This document shows positions 37,314 through 46,600 of a DNA stretch of 64,000 nucleotides, piece by piece. The translations under genes were made by a program, and so were the position numbers. The notes under the pieces were generated by a model. The model was given only the letters and a program-made list of their open reading frames with translations, did not search any database and was not told the DNA's origin. Source of the DNA: a virus; IMG/VR virus record IMGVR_UViG_3300025326_000029, positions 2,390-66,389 of that record, one strand, 5' to 3'. Position 1 is the first letter of the stretch. The number at the start of each line of letters is the position of its first letter.

Positions 37314-39191
37314 TCACGTATTTTGCTCAGCTCGCGCAGAGAAATATGAAGCAGTAGTGAATTGAGAGTAATAACGAAACTTACGTGCCCAAAATACACT
37401 AAGCAATCCACTAGCAGGCCAATTTTGATATGTACCAGAACCAGCTGGATCTTCATAGCGAAAACGTCCTAGTGGAGCGGTCTTAGAAAATTCTTCAGAA
37501 ATATTAACTTCGGGCGGCGTAGAGTTGTCGTCTCCCCTTCTCAACCTAACGTGAGCATTACCCTGACCTGTTTCCCAGCAAGATGCCGCCATTTGAAACT
37601 CAAGTACAGGATTATTACCAGCTTGTGTTAATCCATCTGACACAGGCGTCAAATCTTCTTTATAACGTTGTAGAAAAACAAATGGAGTGCTAGCGACAGC
37701 TGTTGCAGTGACAGAGTTTACAGTTTGCCAGTTGCCTGTAGTATCTTTGATAAGAAGTCGATAACGGTAGCGTGTTCCAGCAGTTAGACTTGTATGATTG
37801 ACAAAAATAGTTTCCCCTGGGGAGCAGTTGGTAGGGCCAGCAATAACTACTCCATCTGTGCGAGTTGTATTGGGATACGTTGCTCCAGTTAACATTCTTA
37901 TTTCAAATTGAGACACATCTGAATCATTTGGTATCGTTGCTTCAATTGCGTTCACTGTGCCACTAGAAAGAGGAGTAGCTGTAAAATTTGTTGCTGGCCC
38001 AGGGGCGGTTGTATCTCCAGCAGAAATAGCAATGCTGTCAGACCGAAGAGCCCATGTTCCTGATGAGTTTCCGGCGCGATAAGCTGCATAAAGCGTCGTT
38101 GCTCCCGTATCAGATGGAAGTGTTACAATATTGCCATCTGTGTCTGAGAAAGTAGCTGCTGCTTCAACACTATTTGTAGCGCTAACAATTCTACGAAGCC
38201 TTAAGCCTTGCACTGATGTTTCATGATCTCCCCAGCTTACAGTATGAAGAAGATAAAGATTGGTACTTGATTTTGTGAGAGCATGACGTCCGGCGACTAT
38301 TCCTTGCCAGTTAGCATTAGGCTGCGTCCACGTAATACCATCAACACTTTTCCACAATTCAATTGTTCCATTAATTCTATCTCGTACGCATGCAACGATA
38401 TAATTATTATCAGGCGAAGCAATTGATAATTGTGGCCCAGTAATATTCCAATCGTCCCAATCCATCGACGCCGACGAAAAAAGGTTGCTTGTAGGAGCTG
38501 GAGGCGATGGCGTTGCGACGCTTGGGTCGAAAGTAACAGCTTCGCACATAGCAGGAGTCGTATCAGCTCCAAAAAGTAGTGTTACTCGTGGACTTCCGCC
38601 GATGGTCCAATAAGTGCCAACCCCATGCATACCAGAAGGAGAGTTGGCGCCAAGATTCGTAAAGTTTGTCGAAACCCAGTTGGAGCCAGTGTCTGCTGTT
38701 GTTCCTGTTAAGGAAACATACCAAGCCCGAGTTTCTGTCACTCCTATAGCTGTCCACTTTTTTCCAATAACCCACAATCGAGGGTTTGTTCCTGACGGAG
38801 AAGAGAATGCATACCCCCAAGAAGTTCCTTGATCTGGGTTTGCTCCTCCACTTTGAATCACTGATTCTGCCGTTGGCGAAGTAGGCGTACCTGTATTTAC
38901 ACCACCGTTAATAGACCTAATATAAAGACTGATATACGCGTTATTGCCACCAGCATAAAGAGCCCGCAAACGATATGTTCCACCATCATTATAAATCTCC
39001 AAGCCAACTGGCAAGCGGTTAAAAGTTGCGCTTAAAACGATAGGGGCAGACCAGTTAGTATCATAATACCGTAATTCTAAGTTGGATCCTGAATTATAGA
39101 GCACCCATATTCTGCTTCCTGCTAACGCCATAAAATGGCAATGCATTCCAGGATCTGGAATAGTAAGTGTAGATATTAGAGATGACGCCAT
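37314..39191 (-). CDS. Minor tail / receptor-binding protein with propeller-like N-terminus and Fn3-like domain
   Basis: Asp-box-like KSVDGITW; DTTAPGPATNFTA...LTAGTRYRY..KDTTGNW. Confidence 0.7.
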   Translation of the reverse strand: MASSLISTLTIPDPGMHCHFMALAGSRIWVLYNSGSNLELRYYDTNWSAPIVLSATFNRLPVGLEIYNDGGTYRLRALYAGGNNAYISLYIRSINGGVNTGTPTSPTAESVIQSGGANPDQGTSWGYAFSSPSGTNPRLWVIGKKWTAIGVTETRAWYVSLTGTTADTGSNWVSTNFTNLGANSPSGMHGVGTYWTIGGSPRVTLLFGADTTPAMCEAVTFDPSVATPSPPAPTSNLFSSASMDWDDWNITGPQLSIASPDNNYIVACVRDRINGTIELWKSVDGITWTQPNANWQGIVAGRHALTKSSTNLYLLHTVSWGDHETSVQGLRLRRIVSATNSVEAAATFSDTDGNIVTLPSDTGATTLYAAYRAGNSSGTWALRSDSIAISAGDTTAPGPATNFTATPLSSGTVNAIEATIPNDSDVSQFEIRMLTGATYPNTTRTDGVVIAGPTNCSPGETIFVNHTSLTAGTRYRYRLLIKDTTGNWQTVNSVTATAVASTPFVFLQRYKEDLTPVSDGLTQAGNNPVLEFQMAASCWETGQGNAHVRLRRGDDNSTPPEVNISEEFSKTAPLGRFRYEDPAGSGTYQNWPASGLLSVFWARKFRYYSQFTTASYFSARAEQNT

Positions 39192-39206
39192 ATAATGTTC
39201 TCCCTT

Positions 39207-40670
39207 CTAAATCCAGGAATCACGCCAAACGAACTCAAAGCTTACATCATTCTGTCCAGTTTCTAGACGCCATGTTGACTTTCCAGGAAAAATAACAGGC
39301 CATATTGATCCTTCATCTATGATGCCATATTTATTGTAAACTATAGAGGGACTACGAGAATATTCAAATATTGTTCTGTTAGCACTATTAATTTCCCAGT
39401 ATCCTGGATTAGTCAGAGCACCAGTGAGTGAAAAAACTTCTCCGGTATTTAAATTGGTAATTCTTGAATCATTTTGCGGAAAGTGAAGTCTAATTAGAGG
39501 TAATGCAGCAACTGTTCCAGCGTTTTCAATAGTGAATGTATACGGAGAAGGTGGAAATATTTGACTATGCTCAGACATTTTTGCTGCTTGAATTGTAGGG
39601 AGAGCAGAGCGTAAAGTCACTAAAAATTTTCTAGTGAAGGTAAAGTCTTCCTGCTTTTCATCCATCACTATTGGGGCGCTTTTTCTGCAAAATATTACTC
39701 TGTCTCCGCTAGGTCGCGGTCTGGTACGCAGTAGATAAAGCTTTTCTGCGACACTTGATGATCTCCAGTATAAACCAGCATATCCACGAACACCTGATCC
39801 GAATGTAGTTGCATCCCCGCCAGTTAAGGTATGTGTGCCGTGTGTACCAAAAACACCTAAGAAATCTTCTGGTTCTTTTGCTGCACCAATCCAGGGAGTT
39901 GCAGGAAATTCAATTGTAATGTTGTTTCCCTCTGCTCTTAAGCGCACCCACAACAATCCATTAGATGGGATAATAAGTCCTGATGAATTATTACTTAAAG
40001 TGGTAAGCACATCATTGACACATTTTGCAATAATAAGATCTCCATTGGCTCCGTCAACGTAACCTACGATATAGTTTGACTGATTAATTGCACGAACAAT
40101 AACGCCATAACGAGAACTAGATGAGTTTGATCCAGTAAGAAAACACGCATATGTATCTACATCAACGTAGCGTCTGTCTGCTGCAGTTACGATTCCCGAC
40201 ACAACAGCATTGGTCGAGCGAACGACCTCTCCCCCGCCCATGGTTACTATTGATCCTCCTTGAGAAAACTGAAAATCGTTCTTAGACTGAGAGCGGAAGA
40301 AACGTTCTTGATATCCAGGACGATCAGTTCGAATGTAGAGAGGCGCTTCGTGTAGTTCACTAAATGCTCGACGTAAATCATCTTGCATATCTCGCAATTT
40401 AAAAAGATTACCTGCCTCAATTACCCCTTCTAGCACGATTGTTCTTCCACCATAAAGCGTGTTCAGAGGTGTTTCTCCCCACGCTGATGGATTGTTCACG
40501 GAAACACCTCGAATATCGGCGTCATCAAGACCAGCGATGCTTATCAATCTATATTTATCAGGATAGCGACGATCGTTTAGGATGAGTCCGTTATATTCCC
40601 AGAAAGCCCCTAGACCTTCAATGCCATAACCATATCCAGGTAGATGTTTTGTTGACAACAACTGTGTCAT
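39207..40670 (-). CDS. Distal tail protein (Dit) with inserted lectin-like domain
   Basis: Follows TMP; GGRTIVLEG, ENAGTVAALP, ends FVWRDSWI. Confidence 0.8.
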   Translation of the reverse strand: MTQLLSTKHLPGYGYGIEGLGAFWEYNGLILNDRRYPDKYRLISIAGLDDADIRGVSVNNPSAWGETPLNTLYGGRTIVLEGVIEAGNLFKLRDMQDDLRRAFSELHEAPLYIRTDRPGYQERFFRSQSKNDFQFSQGGSIVTMGGGEVVRSTNAVVSGIVTAADRRYVDVDTYACFLTGSNSSSSRYGVIVRAINQSNYIVGYVDGANGDLIIAKCVNDVLTTLSNNSSGLIIPSNGLLWVRLRAEGNNITIEFPATPWIGAAKEPEDFLGVFGTHGTHTLTGGDATTFGSGVRGYAGLYWRSSSVAEKLYLLRTRPRPSGDRVIFCRKSAPIVMDEKQEDFTFTRKFLVTLRSALPTIQAAKMSEHSQIFPPSPYTFTIENAGTVAALPLIRLHFPQNDSRITNLNTGEVFSLTGALTNPGYWEINSANRTIFEYSRSPSIVYNKYGIIDEGSIWPVIFPGKSTWRLETGQNDVSFEFVWRDSWI

Positions 40671-43600
40671 CGCCTGGTTTTCCTCTCAAATGCAATTCGT
40701 TTAGCCAAATAAACAGGATCAGCGACTTCAGTAGGACTGGTAATATTGAGAGTAAGATTCTCGTTAATGTTTGTATTGTCAGAAGATGATGGTATATAGC
40801 GTTGGTCTATGAACATGTCAGTTCTTAAATTCATATCACCTACCATCTCATTCGCTGGCGCACCTACCGCTGAGCGACCAGGAAGATAAAACTGATTATT
40901 GGAGATCAGTTCAATGTTAGAACTGATCGTCTCAGCGAACTTATCTATGCTGGTACCAACAGTCTGCATAGCATCATTGATGCCTTCTACGACAAGCATC
41001 ACTGGGGAAGTAGCTGTACTCTTCGTAAGCGCAGACGCGCTTGTGGATTCTGTTGCTTGTGTTGTTTCTGCTTGAGGAGGCACCTGAAACTGAGTCAGTA
41101 ACCCGCCCATTCCTGTAAAGACAGCCTGCCTGAACCATTGCCAAGCCCTCGAAGAGAATGTCTGCAGTTGACCACCCTGAAGCGCTTGTAGCTGCTTCGA
41201 GTTTTCCAGAATATCAAGATCGAGTTGCATAATTGCATCAGAAAGACGCTCTCGTTCTGCTTGTGTACGCGAGGATTCAAGCAACTCGCGTAAGCCAGTT
41301 TGCTGCTTAACGAGAATTGTATTTTTCTCGTTTAGTGCTGTGATTTGACCAACCTGATCTTGATTCAATTCAGCAATACGGAAAACAATCGAATTCAAAC
41401 GTAGTGACCGTTCTGCTTCTTTATTTATTGCTCCAGATCCACCAAGCTCTCTGATTTCACTTACAATGCTGACAATATCAACATCTAGGTCCTTAATCTG
41501 TTGTGCGGTTTCTTGTGCTAGCTCATTCCCAAGATCTTGCCCTGAAATTATTCTCAGTTGGTCACGCTGAGAGATGAGAATAGACATTTTGTCATTAAGA
41601 GCGCTAATCTGCGCTGTCTGATCTTCGTTAATCTGAGCAAGTCTAATATCAGATTCCACACTTCTTAGATCAACTTGTGACTGACGATTGACTTGATCAA
41701 GTTGTAGCTGACGAATTTCTCGATTATTTTGCAATATCTGAGAATCAATTTGCTTAAGAGCAAGAGTAAGTTGTGCAGTCTGATCTTCAGTTAGTCCTGG
41801 CAACGAGAACAATTCACTTAGACCCTGAGACTGTTTGATTAGCGTTTCACTTTTTTGTCCAACCAGTCTGATCTGCTCAACAGTATTTCCAGTTAATTGT
41901 GCAATCTGTTGAGAGACACTAAGCAGAGATATTTCTCGATCTGCCGCACGAGTCACAGTATCAATTCTCTCTTGATTTGCCGCTTCTTGAAGATCCTTCT
42001 GATCACGCAACAATTCAGCGATCTCACGAAGTACAGCAACGATATCGTTCTGCGCGCTTTCAGCTTGCTCTTGTGTAGGCGCACCAACAGAAGTAGCAGT
42101 CGAGACATCAAGAGTCGGTGTTCCGGGAGTCCAACTTGCTCCACCGGCAGCTGCTGCGCTAGGTCCACGTCCGCCGCCAGAAGGAAGTGTGACGGCAGCG
42201 GCAATCCCTTTAGCGATCTCTTGCGGGGAAGGCATGACGAAGGGAATGGCAGGAGAAGCACCAGAGGGAACAGAGAACATATCTTCGAATTTCCTTCGCC
42301 CTGTTTGATAAATGTTACTGATTTGTCCGACTTGACCAGTTTCAATCATGAACCGACGCATGAGGTTCAGTGTTCGATTGCGCTGGCGAGGATCAGTACT
42401 TAGAACATATTCAGAGTAACCACCTTCGCCTAGAAGATAAGGAATACCGCCAGGCTTCGATGAGACTCTTTCACCGCTCGCAAGTCCAGAAGGTTTTGCT
42501 ACCTGACGGGAAAGTACAACAAGTTCTCGCGCAGTTGCACTAACATTCGCTGAGAGCTTCTCCAGTTTTAGAAAATCTCTGCCGCTAAATTCATCCTTTC
42601 GCACACGCTTTGCTTCATCGCGTTGCTCGCTGATACGGCGCTGTTTTCGTATTTCACTTGTATCGGCAAAGCGACGATGTTGACCAATACTGATCCTCTT
42701 CGAAAGTTGAGTCAGCTGACCTCCAACTGTACGAGCAAGTCGAGCGAGAACGCCAGGACGAGTAGCAACAGTCTCAGATGTTGCAGAACGCAAAAATTCG
42801 CGAGAAACAAGCCTGAGTCTCGATGCTTCTGATGTTTTCAGAGCGCCAGAATCGACAAGCTCAGCTAGCCCTTCAGCGACAGAGCGCACATGTCTCGTCG
42901 TCTCCGAGCTTCTGCGTTCAGTCCGAGACGTAGAGGCTGCTGCTACATGAGGCGCCACTCTGCCTCCCTCAGCCAGCTTAGGCAGACCGCTGCCAGTGGT
43001 TTGAACGATCTGTCGCGTTTCACTGACTCGCCTTATCTCGCTCGAGAGCTTTCGTAGCTCCAGTGCTGTCTCATTCTCGCCTGTCCGCTCCTGTCGTCGC
43101 GCGACAGTGGCTAGCTCAACTGCCGTCTTGCTTGCAAATCGCTCCATCGCCCAAGCCGAGCCAACGCGAGAAGAACGTGTCAGCTCCCGCGCGACGAAAC
43201 GCAATCGCGCGCCTTCTGATGAACGGAGTGACTCACGGGAAGCAAGATCGAGAAGCTTCTCTGTTACACGCTGCGAGCGCACGTCGAGACGTTCACGCGA
43301 ACGCTCCTTGGGAGCTGGCGCTGCTGCGGCCACTCTGCCCCCCTCGGCTAGCCCTAGCAATTGAACTGGGCTCGATTTCGCGGAGACAAGCCTGGTAGTT
43401 GTCTCCCGGTCACCCATCTCAGCAAGCATGTGCCCCACCAGCAGCTTCATGCGCGAGCGTTGAGCGGGGTCAGTCGTGATCACGTACTCCGCATACCCTC
43501 CTTCGCCAAGCAGCTTAGGAGTGCCGCCTGGCTTAGCATCTACGCGTCCACCTTCCGCCAAGCCGAGCGCCGAGATATTGAGTCCTGCGGCGGTCAAAAA

Positions 43601-46600
43601 GTCGCGCAAGAACACACCCATACCGGGCAAAGAAAGAAGCTGCCGAGCTTTCTCCCTGAGGATTCCCAGTCGCGCTTCGTTGGCTGAAGCCTGCGCCGCC
43701 AAATCTGTTCCAGGCAAATTGAAAATACGCGCAATTGAAAGTCTCAACGATGCAGCCTGTTCTCTTATATCGATCGAGCGCGTTATTTTTGTAATCTGCT
43801 CTTGGAATAGTTCTGAAGCTATTTTTGCTTGCTCGTCGATATTCGTTAGAATCGCATCGCTAATTTTTCCTAGCTCGCCAGTGAGAGTTTCTAGTTCCGA
43901 CTTCAGCCTTGTCTTCGCTGTCTGAGTAAGCCCCTTCGAAGTCAGCTTTTGCTGTGTTTCTTCTATCAATCTGGCAGTTTTGTTGTGCTCGTTCTCGAGC
44001 AAACGCAGTTCAGCAATAAGGCTTTCAGATTGCTGTTCCAGAACTTTCGCTGTCGTTTTACCGAGGGTAGAAAGTACATCTGCGATGCTTCGACGACCAG
44101 AAAGAATATCTCGAGCTGCTACTCCTATATCCTTGATCTGCAAACCAGCTATACGTGCCTTCCTCTCTAATTCTCCACGCATCACTTCCAAATCTGCCCA
44201 GAAATCAGCAAGTCGCTGTTCTGCTACAGCAAAGAAGTTCGTCAGTGATCCGAGAAAGTTAAGAGCTGTTGGCTTTAGACGTTCAAGCTGTGAAAGAAAC
44301 TCTTCAATTGGAGCATCCAAGAATTGCTCAAAGCGCTCAGGAACTTTCAAGCGTGTCATTCGCTTTTCGAGGGCTTCCTTAATCGCTTTTGCTGTTGCAA
44401 GTCCACCAGAAGGGTCTGGTTCTCGACGAGAAGTACCAGTACCTGTCAAGTCTGCAATTTGTGCTTGTACCTGATCAAGCGCTCTCTTGTACTCTGTTCG
44501 TTCTTCTCCTGTAGTCTTTTTAACTTGCTGGCGAAGAGTAGTTTCAAAAGCTCGCAGTTGTTGTAGTTCAGTTTTGCTTGTGTCATCAGTGCGCTTGGAA
44601 TCACTAGTTAGAGAAGTAATACGTAATGCTACTTCTTCTAGTGCTCGATCGAGTTCGGTCAATAACTCGACATTACCCTTAGCTGCTTCCTCTCGACGCC
44701 GAAGAAATCCTTCTACTGATCGCAAAGCTTTTAGTTCTGCTTGTTTATTTCCTTTGATCGACGCTTCTAGTACAGCACTCCAGCGTTTTGGAGCAAGTTC
44801 CTCGACGCCTCTGAGTCCAATAGCTGTTTGTGTAATGCCGCCTGTAGACAGTGCGGTACCACCACCTGTAGGCAGTGAAACACTTGAAAGAGGCGGCGTG
44901 GTGGTCATTGGTGTCGTAAGTGGACCGGCGAGGTCGAGAATATTCTGGACATAGCCGCGAGCAGCTTGTGGAACCTTTTTCCCTACCGCATTAGGGCCAA
45001 GATTATAGGCTGCAAGAGCAAGGTCCCAACGACCAAATTTCTTGTGCAAACTAGCGAGATATTCTGCCCCCCAGTCGAGCGCAAAAGCTGGAGTTTCAGC
45101 TTGTTTACGAGTTACATTAGGATGGCTAGGAAGATGAATTTGAGCGAGGCCTACAGCTCCCTTCTTGGACATAACGCGCGGATCCCAAGCCGATTCCTGC
45201 GTAATAAGAGCTGTAAATAATTCTGGAGGAATGCCGCGTACTGTGGCAGCCTTTTCTGCTAAAGCGCGATAAACTGCCACCTGTGATGATTCTGCTCCAC
45301 CACCTGCAGGCGTAGCAGTATCACGAACACCAACATGAAGATGATCATAGTGATTTTGTGTATTAAAGATAATCTGATATTCACCAACGTCAAAAACGCC
45401 ACCCTTCCTTGCTCGCGCCCTTGCGGGGCTCATTCCTGCTGCAACAAGTGCTGTTTGACCAAGAAGAGTAAGCTGCTCGCCTTCGGCGGGAATATCAACA
45501 GCATTTCCTGTCCAATGTTGTGATACTCTATTAGATCCCTTTACTAATTTGCTATGGGATGTACCAGTTCCGATAGTAAGTTTCTGGTTGACCATTTCAG
45601 CTATTCGTTCTGCGAATGCAAGTGTCACATCTTTGGTGGAGACACCAGCGCGATCAACTGATGGAGCAATGGACAGTCTTGGAAATCGTTTTTCTAGTTC
45701 GGCGGCTTTAGTGCTTTGATTAGCTTGTCGTAGCGTTGCCTTCCAATACAGCTCAGCTGCTTCAGCTTGCTTGTCGAGCGCAATGCGCGCCCTGTTCATT
45801 GCTAAAGAAAAACTAATACTGTCTTCATCAGCTGTTTTTCTTAACGCTCGCTCGAGACGATCAAGTGTAGTAGTTGGTAGATGAGCAGCAATTTCAGGCA
45901 GCTTAGTGACATCCGTAGTTTTTCCTAAGACTCCTGTAATTTGCTTTCGTTCCGCTGCTCCTACAGCATATCCAGATTTAATTGTTTTAATAAGCGTGTC
46001 GAGAAAAACACGAGGTCCGCCAGGGACAAATTCGGCAACATTTGCGCCTTGTCCACGACGAATTGTTGCTATTACTTCTCCGGTTTCAGCAGTTTTTCGA
46101 AGCGCTCGCTCGAGACGATCAAGTTGTTCTGGCTTTGCTTGAGCAAGGCTTATCTTTCCTATTGTTTCTTGAAGGATCTTTCTTTCTTCGCTGCTTAGTT
46201 TTTCTCCAGCCTCAATACGCTTGAGGAGCGCTGTAATAAATGTACGAGTTTGACCACTATGAAACTCAGATACTTTTTTAGTTACATCAACGATCTGCAC
46301 TGCTTGTTGATCTTGTGTGGCGACAAAGCGAAGGAATGGAATTTGTAGCCAGTTTCTGACTTGTGTAGCTCTCTCTTCGCCTGGACCACCTGGAGGGATT
46401 GCCGCTCGTCCATAATCAACACTAGCTCCTGCCCCTGCCATTTCCTGATCTGCACCAGCTCGCGTAGTTCTCATCCATTCGATCAATCTGTCGTGATAGG
46501 TCTTGCCGTAAGCGTCAGCAGCCTCCATGCCATAGCTTTCAGCGTCCTGCGTCATCTGTGAGAGTTCATCGCCCCAAGCTGAGGCCATCTCTTCGCCTGT

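Noticed and set aside
37259-37456. Alternative +1-frame C-terminus (RDIPLIDESGDFPADSTFT) for the 37314 gene
   Set aside because: No convincing shift site or RBS; short enough to be chance
33516-39191. Diversity-generating retroelement acting on tail genes
   Set aside because: No reverse transcriptase and no TR/VR pair differing at adenines noticed
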